Assembly (NCBI GenBank): GCA_012512505.1
Contig: JAAZEB010000167.1
Span: forward strand, 1-47,787
Length of the DNA: 47,787 nucleotides
From: Armatimonadota bacterium
Lineage (GTDB): Bacteria; Armatimonadota; JAAZEB01
Reading direction: 5' to 3'
The notes beneath the pieces were generated by a model. That model had not been told where the DNA came from, did not search any database, and worked only from the letters and a program-made list of their open reading frames with translations. The translations under genes and the position numbers were made by a program. Below are positions 35,761 through 45,319 of the stretch, in pieces (positions within the stretch are counted from its first letter, which is position 1; each line of letters begins with the position of its first letter).

Positions 35761-38472
35761 ATGCTGAAGCAGGCAACGTGGTGGATCGCCGCGGGTCTCC
35801 TTGCCGGCGCTGCCGTGGTCCCTCCCGCGTTGAGCGCCCCGGAGGGGCTGCCTCTCACGGTGCCGTTCTCCCCGGCGGCCTGGCTGCCAGACGGCGGTGA
35901 CGCGCGCTGGCTGCGCCCCGAACCGGGAGAGTTGGAGACCAACGGCTTCTACCTCCGCGCCCCCAAGCCCGGTCAGGCGCACGCGGCGTGGCTGGCCGCC
36001 GCTCACCGCCTGCGCGCCTTCGACCGCACCGCACCGCCGCCGACCACTGTGCGGGTGGCGTTCGGTGGCGTGCGCGCGTGGACCCGCGTGCAGCCGGAGG
36101 TGGGCCGGCTGCTGCACCTGCAGCCGGGCGAGGCGCTGGTGGTTCGCCTCGAAGCACGCTGGCTGTCTGGCAACCCGGAGATCTGCTTCGCCCTGGACTA
36201 CCTGGACCCGCAGACGTTCGCCCAAAAGGGCTGGTCCGGTGTGCTCACCACCGCGCGCCTCCCGCAAGATGGAGAGTGGCATCCGCTGGAAGTGGCGCTC
36301 ACCCTCCCGCCGGACAACCCGCGGATCGGCGGTTGGGCCAACCTGATCGTTGGGCAGGACGCCACGCGCGACGCGACGCCGGGGCAATGGGAGATGCGCG
36401 GTGCCACCCTGCACCTGGCTGGCTCGCCGGGGCGCCGGCAGGCGCTGCGTGTCCTCCAGGCTGCCGCCGACCGCGCGGCCCACGGCCTCGACCGCTCGAT
36501 CTACGACCGGCCAGACCTGGCCTGGGGCGCCCGCAACTTCGCCTGCTACTTCCTCTTCCTCTACGACACCGCCATCTACGACCGCCAGGCGCGCCGCTAC
36601 CGGGTGGAGGCGTTCCTCGACGAGATGGAGCGCGAGTTTGGCGGCGTCGACTCGGTGGTCCTCTGGCAGGCCTACCCCCGCATCGGCGTCGATCAGCGCA
36701 ACCAGTTCGACTTCTACCGCGACCTGCCCGGCGGACTGGCTGGCCTGAAGGAAGTCACCGCCCGCTTTCACCGCCGTGGCGTCCGCGTCTTCATCGACTA
36801 CAACCCGTGGGATACCGGCACGCGCCGGGAGGAGGTCACCGACGCGGAGGCCCTGGGGCGCCTGGTGCGCGCCATCGGCGCCGACGGCATCTTTCTGGAC
36901 ACGATGGTGGCCGCCCCGGATGCCCTGCGCCCGACGGTTGACCGATACCGGCGGGGCGTGCTGTTCGAGCCGGAGGGGAGCCCGGAGATCGCCCAGATCA
37001 GCGCCTGCAGTGCCTCCTGGGCCCAGTGGCTGCCCACCTACCCGGAGCCTGGCGTGCTCCGCTTGAAGTGGCTGGAGCCACGGCACATGCAGCACCAGAT
37101 CCGCCGCTGGGATCGTTCGCACGCCGAGGAGATCGTCCAGGCGTTCTTCAACGGAAGCGGGATGCTGATCTGGGAGAACGTCTTCGGCACCCACAACCCC
37201 TGGAACGTCGAGGACCGTGCCACCTGGCGACAGGCGGTGCCGATCCTGCGCGCTTTCTGGCGCGAGCTGGCTTCGGAGGCCTGGGAGCCGTTCTTGCCCA
37301 CCCTGAGCGAGGGTGTCTTCGCCAGCCGCTGGATCGGCCGGCACGCGACTCTCTACCTCCTGGTGAACCAGACCGGCAAGCCGATCACCACCCCGATCCT
37401 GCAGCTTCCCGCGCTGGCCCGGTCGCGGAAGAGCCCGGAGCGGGTCTTTGACCTATGGCGGGGCGTGGAGATCCCGGCTCCCCCCGATGGCTTGCTGAGC
37501 ATGCCGCTGGAGCAGTTGGGCGCCGTCGCCGTGGTGCATGATGCGGCCGGCTTGCGGCAGGTGCAGCCGCTGCTGAACCGCCGCCCGCTGCCGCCACCCT
37601 CCCAGGCCCGGATGCTGGCCCGGCCGCATGATCCACGCCCGGTGCCGCGCACTCCCCCCGCCGACCCGGACAACCCACCGCCCGGCATGGTGCTGGTGCC
37701 GCGCGCCACTATCCGCCTGCGCCTGAGCCACGAGCGCCGCGAGTGTGGCTGTTACCCCGACCCGGGCACTCCGGCCGCGCGACAGGACGAGTTCACCTTT
37801 GGCGCTGCCTGGAACAGCGAGCTGACGCACGACTACCTCGCGACCGTTGGTCCCTTCCTGATCGACGAGTGCCTGGTGACCAACGGCGAGTACGAGGCGT
37901 TCCTCAAGGCCACTGGCTACCGGCCGGCGGAGCGGCGCAACTTCTTGAAGCATTGGCCGGGCGGACGGTGCCCGGCGGCGCTGCGCGATCACCCCGTCGT
38001 CTACGTCGATCTGGAGGATGCCCAGGCCTACGCGCGCTGGGCCGGCAAGCGCCTACCCACCGAGGCGGAGTGGCAGTTGGCCGGGCAGGGCACCGACGGA
38101 CGCCCCTGGCCCTGGGGCACGGAGCCGGATCCGGCGCGCGCCAACGGCCAGGGAAAGGGCACGACCCCGGTGCGCGCCTTCCCGGCGGGGCGCAGCCCTT
38201 ACGGCTGCTACGACATGGCCGGCAACGTCTGGCAATGGACCGAGAGCGAGCGCGACGATGGGCACACCCGCTACGCCATCCTCCGCGGCGGAAGCTACTT
38301 CTCCGCCGAGGGAAGCGTGTGGTACGTGCGCGGTGGCGCCCAGCCGCTCACCCGGCACGCCAAGTTCCTGCTGCTCTACCTCGGCCTCGATCGCTGCGCC
38401 ACCATCGGCTTCCGCTGCGTCAAGGATGTTTCCGGGCAGGAAGATGCGACGGACGACCGAACATATGATTAG
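35761..38472 (+). CDS. Secreted multidomain protein: N-terminal beta-rich region, central TIM-barrel glycoside-hydrolase-like region, C-terminal FGE-sulfatase (SUMF1)-like domain lacking the catalytic Cys pair
   Basis: Signal peptide; FIDYNPWDTG / GADGIFLDT GH-like blocks; C-terminus PWGTEPD...YGCYDMAGNVWQWTE...RGGSYFS FGE fold but no CxxxxC; AAGGAG SD. Confidence 0.7.
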   Translation: MLKQATWWIAAGLLAGAAVVPPALSAPEGLPLTVPFSPAAWLPDGGDARWLRPEPGELETNGFYLRAPKPGQAHAAWLAAAHRLRAFDRTAPPPTTVRVAFGGVRAWTRVQPEVGRLLHLQPGEALVVRLEARWLSGNPEICFALDYLDPQTFAQKGWSGVLTTARLPQDGEWHPLEVALTLPPDNPRIGGWANLIVGQDATRDATPGQWEMRGATLHLAGSPGRRQALRVLQAAADRAAHGLDRSIYDRPDLAWGARNFACYFLFLYDTAIYDRQARRYRVEAFLDEMEREFGGVDSVVLWQAYPRIGVDQRNQFDFYRDLPGGLAGLKEVTARFHRRGVRVFIDYNPWDTGTRREEVTDAEALGRLVRAIGADGIFLDTMVAAPDALRPTVDRYRRGVLFEPEGSPEIAQISACSASWAQWLPTYPEPGVLRLKWLEPRHMQHQIRRWDRSHAEEIVQAFFNGSGMLIWENVFGTHNPWNVEDRATWRQAVPILRAFWRELASEAWEPFLPTLSEGVFASRWIGRHATLYLLVNQTGKPITTPILQLPALARSRKSPERVFDLWRGVEIPAPPDGLLSMPLEQLGAVAVVHDAAGLRQVQPLLNRRPLPPPSQARMLARPHDPRPVPRTPPADPDNPPPGMVLVPRATIRLRLSHERRECGCYPDPGTPAARQDEFTFGAAWNSELTHDYLATVGPFLIDECLVTNGEYEAFLKATGYRPAERRNFLKHWPGGRCPAALRDHPVVYVDLEDAQAYARWAGKRLPTEAEWQLAGQGTDGRPWPWGTEPDPARANGQGKGTTPVRAFPAGRSPYGCYDMAGNVWQWTESERDDGHTRYAILRGGSYFSAEGSVWYVRGGAQPLTRHAKFLLLYLGLDRCATIGFRCVKDVSGQEDATDDRTYD

Positions 38473-38589
38473 TCTCTGCCAACGAGGCAACGGGCACTGC
38501 CGTTAGGGGTGTGTCCATGAAGGGCGGCGCCCGGGCTGAATTTTGGTCTGCATGGTGGCAGCCCGCTGGGCTGCCGAAGGAGGAATGAG

Positions 38590-39465
38590 ATGGCTTTCCC
38601 GGGGGGAAGGCGCCGGAGGGGATGGCTCCGGGTAACGCGCTGGCTGGCCGGGCTCGCGCTGTTGGTCGCAGTGGCGCTGCTGGCCACGGCCGGCGGGCGG
38701 GCCGGGAATGCCCCGGCGGCGCCGCCACCACCACCGGCGCCGCCAACGCGCCTCAACCCGGTGGATGGCTCACTGATGGTCTGGGTGCCGCCCGGCACCT
38801 TCCAGATGGGAGCAGAGGACGGCGCGGAGAACGAGCGCCCGGTGCACACGGTGCGCCTGACGCGCGGGTTCTGGATGTACCGCACGGAGGTGACCAACGC
38901 GCAGTGGCTGCGCTTTCTGGCGGCCCACCCGAAGCACCAGCGCCCGAAATACGCGCATCAGGCGCGGCTGATGCGGCCAGAGCAGCCGGCGGTGGCGATC
39001 TCGTATGACGACGCCGTGGCCTACTGCCGCTGGGCGAAGGTCCGCCTGCCCACCGAGGCGGAGTGGGAGTGGGCAGCGCGGGGCGCCGATGGCCGCCGCT
39101 ACCCCTGGGGCAACTGGGAGCCTGACCCCCGGCTGGCGGTCTTCTTCCGCTCGATCAACCTGGCCTCCCCGGAGGCAGTGGGCACTCGCCCCGACGGCGC
39201 CAGCCCCTTCGGGGTGCTGGACATGGCCGGCAACGCCTGGGAATGGACCAGCGACTGGTATGCCCCCTATCCGTCGGCGGCGCAGACCGACCCCACCGGG
39301 CCGGCGACGGGCAAGAAGCACGTGATCCGCGGCGGGGGCTGGATCAACCCGATGGAGCGACTGCGGACGACGGTGCGCGGCTTCGGCCGGCCGGCGCGCC
39401 GCAGCGGGCACATCGGGTTCCGGCCCGTCTGCGATGCGCCGCCCCCCACGGAGGCGAGTAGGTGA
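38590..39465 (+). CDS. Formylglycine-generating-enzyme (FGE-sulfatase) family protein, membrane-anchored, probably non-catalytic
   Basis: LPTEAEWEWAARG, FGVLDMAGNAWEWTSDW, RGGGW FGE-fold blocks; human-FGE C336/C341-equivalent Cys pair absent; GAAGGAGGA SD. Confidence 0.8.
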   Translation: MAFPGGRRRRGWLRVTRWLAGLALLVAVALLATAGGRAGNAPAAPPPPPAPPTRLNPVDGSLMVWVPPGTFQMGAEDGAENERPVHTVRLTRGFWMYRTEVTNAQWLRFLAAHPKHQRPKYAHQARLMRPEQPAVAISYDDAVAYCRWAKVRLPTEAEWEWAARGADGRRYPWGNWEPDPRLAVFFRSINLASPEAVGTRPDGASPFGVLDMAGNAWEWTSDWYAPYPSAAQTDPTGPATGKKHVIRGGGWINPMERLRTTVRGFGRPARRSGHIGFRPVCDAPPPTEASR

Positions 39466-39470
39466 CCGGA

Positions 39471-40154
39471 ATGGCTCTTGGCATGGGAACGCACCGGGAA
39501 TCGGCCGGGCTGTTGGCGCGGCGCGGGCCGCGGGCCGCGCTGGCGCTGCTGCTGTTGGTGGGCGCCATGGGGGCGTACGTCGTGCAGTTTCGCCCGCCTC
39601 GCCTGATGCAGCCGCTGCGGGTGATGCGCGCCAAGGCGCGGGCGGCGGCCCAGGAGTTCGCCGTCACCCGTGACCCGCGCACCGCCGCGCTGCTGGAGAA
39701 GATGGCGCCCCAGACCAACGAGGGGGCGGCGGCACGCGACGGCCTGGTTCGGTTGGGGCCGCCGGTGGTGCGCGCCGTCATCCGACGCCTGCAGCATGAG
39801 GACCCGGACATGCGCGCCGCGGCCGCCCTCGTCCTCGGCCGATTGGGCGACCTGCGCGCGGTGCCTGCCCTGTGCCGCGCGTTGGACGATCCGGAGGCGA
39901 TGGTGCGCTTCCGCGCCGCCTACGCCCTCGGCGTCCTTAAGGAGCGAACGGCCGCGCCCCTCATCGCCCAACTGCTGGTGGACCCCTCGCCGGACGTGGT
40001 GAACGTGGCGATTCGCGCCCTGGAAGAGTGCCACTGCAAGGTGCAGCCGCGGGCCCCGCTGCCCGGCTATCGGATCCGCCCCTGGGGCCGCACCACCTGG
40101 CAGGAGATCGTGCCGCCAGATTCCCCTGCCGCGCCGGCAACGGCCACCCGTTGA
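39471..40154 (+). CDS. Membrane-anchored HEAT-repeat protein
   Basis: N-terminal TM; HEAT repeats (DPDMRAAAALVLGRLGDLRAVPALCRALDDPEAMVRFRAAYALG); alternative GTG start at 39462 overlaps upstream stop (GTGA). Confidence 0.6.
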   Translation: MALGMGTHRESAGLLARRGPRAALALLLLVGAMGAYVVQFRPPRLMQPLRVMRAKARAAAQEFAVTRDPRTAALLEKMAPQTNEGAAARDGLVRLGPPVVRAVIRRLQHEDPDMRAAAALVLGRLGDLRAVPALCRALDDPEAMVRFRAAYALGVLKERTAAPLIAQLLVDPSPDVVNVAIRALEECHCKVQPRAPLPGYRIRPWGRTTWQEIVPPDSPAAPATATR

Positions 40155-40293
40155 GGACCCACCCGCGAGCCAACGGAGCGCCTGGTCCGCTGCTACCGGC
40201 GCGGCACTGGCCGTAGTGAGCCAGGGGCGGGAACTGCTGGGCGGGGTGTCGAAACCCCTCTCAACGGCAGCTTGCCGTTGAGGGATGGGTATC

Positions 40294-43017
40294 ATGCGTT
40301 GTTGGCGATTGCTTGCGCTGTTGATCGCTGGTGCGGGCGCGGCGGGCGCTCAAACCACCAACCTGATCCGCAACCCCGGCTTTGAGGCGGGCACCACGGC
40401 GCCCGCGGAGTGGGTGCTGGGGATGGAGGGGCACGGCGCCGGCTCGGCGCGGTGGGTGACCGAGAACCCGCGTTCTGGCACCCGTGCCGTGCGCCTGGAG
40501 ATGCTGGAGGCCGGCAACTACTGGATGGCGCGGCAGACCTATCCGGCTGGCACCGCCCGGCCCGAGCATCCCTACCGCCTCAGCGGCTGGTACCGCGGCA
40601 CGGAGGGGGTGTGCCACCCCTGCGTCTACTTCCGCAACAAAGAGGGCACCTTCCTCGGCGCTTGGGAAACGACACTGGCGCCCGCCAAGGAGTGGCGCTT
40701 CTTCGACTTTGTGTTTGCCACCCCGCCCGGCACCGACCACTTTGAGCTGCAGCTCCGCGCCCAGGGCGTGAAAGGCGTCTGCTGGTTTGATGATGTGGCG
40801 CTGGAAGATGCCGAGGCGCTGGCACGCGAGGGGCAGGCGCTGGTGGCGTCGCTGCTGGCTGCCGCCAAAGCCCATCCTGACACGCTGTGGGCGTTGGTCT
40901 CCAACGGCGGCCGCGTGGAGTGGGAGTTCGTCGGCAGCCCCACGCTGGAGGTGGCCTGGGCGACTGCCGGCGTGCCGGGGGAAGGGACTACCGCTCGCTA
41001 TGGCGTGCGCCTGGAGACCGGCAGCCGGCCCGGCAAGGGCAGCCCGGTGGTTCGCGGGCCGCGGAATAGCGCCCTGCGCTGGCAGCGGTTGCGCCTGCCC
41101 GCCGGCCGGCAGCGGACGCGGCTGGTCGCCTACGTTGACGGGGCCGGCGCGCGCCCGGTGCTGCTGGTGGGGGTGAAGGCCACCCGTGACGTGACGGCGT
41201 CGCTGGCGCGCTTGCAGGCCGATCCCGTCGACGAGGGCAATGCTGCCATGGAGGTTCCTTGGCAGACGCGCCTGCTCCCCGAGACGGCAGAGCGCTTTGC
41301 CGCCATCCGCCAGGCCAACCGGGGCACGGTGCTGCGCACGGTGTTGGGGGCGGCCCCGGGGAAGGCGGTCACCCGCGTCTGCAGTGCCTGGCACAACCTC
41401 ACCGACGACGGCTGGCTGGAGTGGGCGCTGTCGCGGCCGGGGCGAGCGCCGGTGCCGGCCGGTGCCCGCAACGAATATCTCTCGCTGCAGGTGCTCTTCG
41501 TGCCCCCGGGCCGGCCGCGGCAGGTTACCGCCCAGCCCACCGCGCTGCGGGGCCCTCACGGGGCGACGATCCCGGCGTCGGCCTGTCAGGTGCGGATGCT
41601 GGAGTACGTGCCGTTCCAGGGGAAGTGGTGGCCAGACCCCTTGATGGAAGCCCAGCCGTTCACCCCGCCGGCGCACGGCCCGATCGTCTTCTGGATCACC
41701 CTCCACGTTCCGCCGGACGCCCGCCCGGGCCTCTACCGCGGGGCGCTGCGCCTGCGCGCGGATGATGGCCCCGTGGTCACCCAGCCGTTCGCGGTTCGGG
41801 TGTGGAATGTGACCCTCCCGTCCGAGACGCACTTGCAGTCCAGCTTCTGGCTGTTCCGAGCCCAGATCCGCCGCTACTTCGACTTGCCCGGTGACTTGCC
41901 GCTGGAGGACTACTTCCCCTATATCGACCTGGCGACCTCCCACCGCCTCTCACCTATTGATGTGGTGGAAGGCCCCGCCGAGCCGCTGGTGAAGGTCTAC
42001 CGCGAGGCAGACGGCTCCCTCAGCTACGACTTCAGCGAGTGGGATCGCTATCTCGACCGGCTGCGTCAGGGTGGCGCCAACACAATCCACCTCGGCTTCA
42101 CCCACTGGATGGCCAACTGGTTCACCGGCCAGGCCCCCACGATCATCGACCGGCAGACCGGCGCGGTGACGGCGCCCGGCCACGCGTTTGGCAGCAAGGA
42201 GCACCTCGACGCGCTCGCCCACTACCTGCGCGCCGCCGCCAACCACCTGAAGCAGCGCGGCGAGTTCGAGAAGTGCTACATCCAGCCCTGGGATGAGCCG
42301 CACGGCGACGGCCTTGCCAAGAGCCACCTCGTCCTGGAAGGCCTGCGCGACCGCGTTCCCGAGATCCCCCGCCTGATGGACGCCGTGGCCCCGGAGACGT
42401 TCGACGGCCGCATGAAGGACGTGGTGAACCTCTGGTGCCCGCTTTCCCCCGGGGTGGAAGGCGGCGTCTTCGATGGCGTGCGCCAGCGCGGCGACACCCT
42501 CTGGTGGTACGTCTGCCTGGCCCCCGGCCGCCCCTACGCCAACTTGTTTACCAACTGGAAAGTGGCCGAGATGCGCGCCCTCTTCTGGCAGACGTGGCAG
42601 GTGGGCGCCACCGGAATCCTCTACTGGGGGCTCAACTACTGGCTGCATTGGGACGCGCCGGTGCCGCCGCCGGAAAAGCGCTTCCCCAACGGCCCCTGGG
42701 TCGCCTCGACCACCTACCGCGAGACGATTGGCGACGGCTACTTCATCTATCCCGGCCCGGCGGTGGACCAGCCGCTCAGTTCCCTGCGCCTGGAGACGAT
42801 CCGCGATGGCATTGAGGACTACGAGCTGCTCTACCTGCTGCGTGGGCTCGTGGAGCAGCGCTCCGACGCCGACGCGGCCACCTTGCGGCTGGCACGGGAA
42901 GTGCTGAAGGTGCGCCCCGGGGTGGCGAAGAACCTCCGCGAGTTTGACCGCGACGGCGCGGCGATCGATGCCGAACGCCAGGTGATCGCCCGCTTGATCG
43001 AGCGGCTGCAGCGGTAG
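40294..43017 (+). CDS. Secreted CBM4/9-like + DUF4091 (GH123-like) putative glycoside hydrolase
   Basis: Signal peptide; NLIRNPGFEAG...W carbohydrate-binding module start; C-terminal WWYVC...GILYWGLNYW...ETIRDGIEDYELL blocks resembling DUF4091; alternative ATG 40285. Confidence 0.65.
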   Translation: MRCWRLLALLIAGAGAAGAQTTNLIRNPGFEAGTTAPAEWVLGMEGHGAGSARWVTENPRSGTRAVRLEMLEAGNYWMARQTYPAGTARPEHPYRLSGWYRGTEGVCHPCVYFRNKEGTFLGAWETTLAPAKEWRFFDFVFATPPGTDHFELQLRAQGVKGVCWFDDVALEDAEALAREGQALVASLLAAAKAHPDTLWALVSNGGRVEWEFVGSPTLEVAWATAGVPGEGTTARYGVRLETGSRPGKGSPVVRGPRNSALRWQRLRLPAGRQRTRLVAYVDGAGARPVLLVGVKATRDVTASLARLQADPVDEGNAAMEVPWQTRLLPETAERFAAIRQANRGTVLRTVLGAAPGKAVTRVCSAWHNLTDDGWLEWALSRPGRAPVPAGARNEYLSLQVLFVPPGRPRQVTAQPTALRGPHGATIPASACQVRMLEYVPFQGKWWPDPLMEAQPFTPPAHGPIVFWITLHVPPDARPGLYRGALRLRADDGPVVTQPFAVRVWNVTLPSETHLQSSFWLFRAQIRRYFDLPGDLPLEDYFPYIDLATSHRLSPIDVVEGPAEPLVKVYREADGSLSYDFSEWDRYLDRLRQGGANTIHLGFTHWMANWFTGQAPTIIDRQTGAVTAPGHAFGSKEHLDALAHYLRAAANHLKQRGEFEKCYIQPWDEPHGDGLAKSHLVLEGLRDRVPEIPRLMDAVAPETFDGRMKDVVNLWCPLSPGVEGGVFDGVRQRGDTLWWYVCLAPGRPYANLFTNWKVAEMRALFWQTWQVGATGILYWGLNYWLHWDAPVPPPEKRFPNGPWVASTTYRETIGDGYFIYPGPAVDQPLSSLRLETIRDGIEDYELLYLLRGLVEQRSDADAATLRLAREVLKVRPGVAKNLREFDRDGAAIDAERQVIARLIERLQR

Positions 43018-43231
43018 CGGTCCGCTTGCTCCATCGGTCGAGGGCCGGCCGGCGGCGGGGGTGAGGCGTTCGCGCGTGGGTTTCACCGCGGCGCGGGGGG
43101 ACAGGTGGCGAAGACGACCCCCAAGCTGCCCCCCTGCCGTCCTGCTGCTCGACGGCCGCTGTTTTGACTCGGTAGCCTCAGGGTAGAAGCCCACCGGCAC
43201 CCATGCTGGTGCCGGATGGGAGGCTTCCGAC

Positions 43232-44449
43232 ATGTTCTTCAGGCAGGGCGTACTTGCGACGCGCCTCGGCCTTGTCGCCGGCCTGGCCGCGCTCCTGTTC
43301 GCCGGCTGCGGCTCTGACGATGACGGCCGCGCCCTCGGCCCGGACTCCGGCCAGGTGCGGGCCGAGGTCACCGTGGATGGGCAGCCGTTCCCCGGGGTGA
43401 CGGTGACCCTCAACGACGGCGGGCAGTTCTCGCAGACCACCGGCGCCGATGGCACGGCGAACTTCGAGAACCTGGCGAACGGCACCTACACGGTGTCGAT
43501 CTCTGGCTTCGACACCAACCGCTTCCTCTTCACGCGCACGTCGGTGCCGGTGACCCTCGATGACACCGTGGGCCAGGTCACCGTGCAGTTCCAGGGGGCG
43601 ACGGTGCCGACCGGCCGGGTGACCGGGCAGGTGACCTTCAACGGGCTGACGCCGGCGCAGCTTCCCGGGGAAACGATCACCGTCACCCTGGTACCGCCGA
43701 CCGGCTCGCCGGTCACCGGCGACCTGACCGGCACCTCGGGAGAGTTCACCTTCGGGCAGCTTGGGGTGGGCACCTTCACCCTCCGCGTGGCTCGCAACGG
43801 GCAGGTGCGCCAAACCACCTTCGCCCTGGCGCAGGGGGAGCAGCTCACCCTCGACCTCGAGTTCTCGCAGCTCCCCGATGCGGGCACGCTGCCGCCTGGT
43901 ACGCCGACGGGCCAGGTGCGCGCGGAGGTGACGGCTGCCGGCCAGCCGGTGGTCGGCGCCACCGTCACTCTCACCAACGGCGTCCAGCTCACTCAGACCA
44001 CCGGCCAGGACGGCGTGGCGGTCTTCGATAACGTGCCGAACGGTACCTTCACCGTCACCCTGGCGGCGTTCGACGCCAGCCGCTTCTCGTTCACGACGAC
44101 CACCGCGTCGGTGACCCTGAACGACCAGATCGGCCAGGCCACTGTGCAGTTCCAGGGGCTGCTGGCCTCCACCGGCGCGCTCTCCGGGAGGGTGACGTTC
44201 AATGGACAGGCGCCGGCGCAGATCCCGAACGAGACGGTGACAATCACCCTCGTGCCGCCGGTGGGCAGCGCCGTGACCGGTGACCTGACCGGAACTACGG
44301 GCGAGTATCAGTTCTCGCCTCTGCAGCCGGGCACGTTCACCGTGCGTGTGGCTCGCGGCACGGAGCTGCGGCAGACGACGGTGACCCTTGGGCAGGGCGA
44401 GCAGCGCGTGCTCGACCTTGAGTTCTCCCAAATGCAGCCGGTGCCGTAA
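43232..44449 (+). CDS. Lipoprotein made of an internal tandem duplication (2 x 187 aa), each half with two CarbopepD_reg/Cna-B-like beta-sandwich domains
   Basis: Lipobox LFAGC; halves 43349-43909 and 43910-44440 ~55% identical (GQVRAEVT...DGTANFENLANGTYTVS / GQVRAEVT...DGVAVFDNVPNGTFTVT); GGGAGG SD. Confidence 0.75.
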   Translation: MFFRQGVLATRLGLVAGLAALLFAGCGSDDDGRALGPDSGQVRAEVTVDGQPFPGVTVTLNDGGQFSQTTGADGTANFENLANGTYTVSISGFDTNRFLFTRTSVPVTLDDTVGQVTVQFQGATVPTGRVTGQVTFNGLTPAQLPGETITVTLVPPTGSPVTGDLTGTSGEFTFGQLGVGTFTLRVARNGQVRQTTFALAQGEQLTLDLEFSQLPDAGTLPPGTPTGQVRAEVTAAGQPVVGATVTLTNGVQLTQTTGQDGVAVFDNVPNGTFTVTLAAFDASRFSFTTTTASVTLNDQIGQATVQFQGLLASTGALSGRVTFNGQAPAQIPNETVTITLVPPVGSAVTGDLTGTTGEYQFSPLQPGTFTVRVARGTELRQTTVTLGQGEQRVLDLEFSQMQPVP

Positions 44450-44495
44450 CGGCGGCGGCTGGGGCGCTCCCGCCCAAGGCGCCACGACAGCGCGC

Positions 44496-44533
44496 GGTGG
44501 TGAGGTCGGATCCGCGGCGGCGACCTCACCACC
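44496..44533. terminator. Bidirectional terminator-like hairpin between convergent genes
   Basis: ggtggtgaggtcg-N12-cgacctcaccacc perfect 13-bp stem; no clear U-tract. Confidence 0.4.
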
Positions 44534-44539
44534 GGCGCT

Positions 44540-45091
44540 TCAAAGCCGCTTCACCAGGTCGACTACCCAGTCCTCGTAGGGCACCTCCTCGCCGTTGGCG
44601 TTTTGGCGAGGGTAGATGGCGTCGAGGTAGGGCTGGCCGCCAGGGTCGCGGTATCCCAGGCGCTCGTAATAGTGCTTGACGCGGCGGTTGTCGGTGGGGT
44701 TGACGGCCAGCGAGAGCTCGCGGATGCCGGCGCCGCGCGCCAGGGCCTCGCACGTCTTGAGGATCTGGGTGCCGATGCCCAGCCCGCGAAGCTGTGGGAT
44801 CACGTAGAGGTCGGAAACACTGGCCCCCAGCGGGATGCGGGTGGTGCTCCGCCAGTGCAAGAGGCCGGTGCCGACCGGCAGGTCGTTCACCAGCGCCAGC
44901 AGGTAGACGACGTGCCCGGTCTGTTGGGAATGGAGGCGGCGCCGGGCGCGCTCGGGCTCGTCCGGGCGCAGGCAGGCGATCGTCGCGCAGTCCGATTCAC
45001 GAGCAGCACGGATCACCACATGAAGCCGGGGCAGGTGGTAGTCCTGCGGGAGCACCGAAGCCAGCGCGCTGGAACGCAGCTCGTAGGACAT
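44540..45091 (-). CDS. GNAT family N-acetyltransferase
   Basis: Acetyl-CoA motif LRGLGIGTQILKTCEALARGAGIRELSLAV; GGAGGGAA SD. Confidence 0.75.
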   Translation of the reverse strand: MSYELRSSALASVLPQDYHLPRLHVVIRAARESDCATIACLRPDEPERARRRLHSQQTGHVVYLLALVNDLPVGTGLLHWRSTTRIPLGASVSDLYVIPQLRGLGIGTQILKTCEALARGAGIRELSLAVNPTDNRRVKHYYERLGYRDPGGQPYLDAIYPRQNANGEEVPYEDWVVDLVKRL

Positions 45092-45319
45092 GGTTCCCTC
45101 CGGACTGCCGGCCGACGCGGCACCGGTTTGCCGGCGGCGCCAGTGGCGCCAGTGGTTCACCAGAACGTTCGACCGGCGTTTTGAGTACCGTTCGCCCGTG
45201 GCCGGGGAACTCCTCCCTCAGGCCCTGGCCCTGGCCCGGCGCCAGGCGAGCGCGTGCGCCCCGGGCCTTGACGAACCGGCGCCTCTGGGTGTAAGCTTGC
45301 TGCTGGAGGAGCGTTCCTG

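Noticed and set aside
35515-37344. 609-aa minus-strand ORF
   Set aside because: Antisense to the GH-like/FGE fusion gene.
40261-43485. 560-aa and 511-aa minus-strand ORFs
   Set aside because: Antisense to the CBM/DUF4091 gene; spurious.
43178-44485. 435-aa minus-strand ORF
   Set aside because: Antisense to the duplicated lipoprotein gene.
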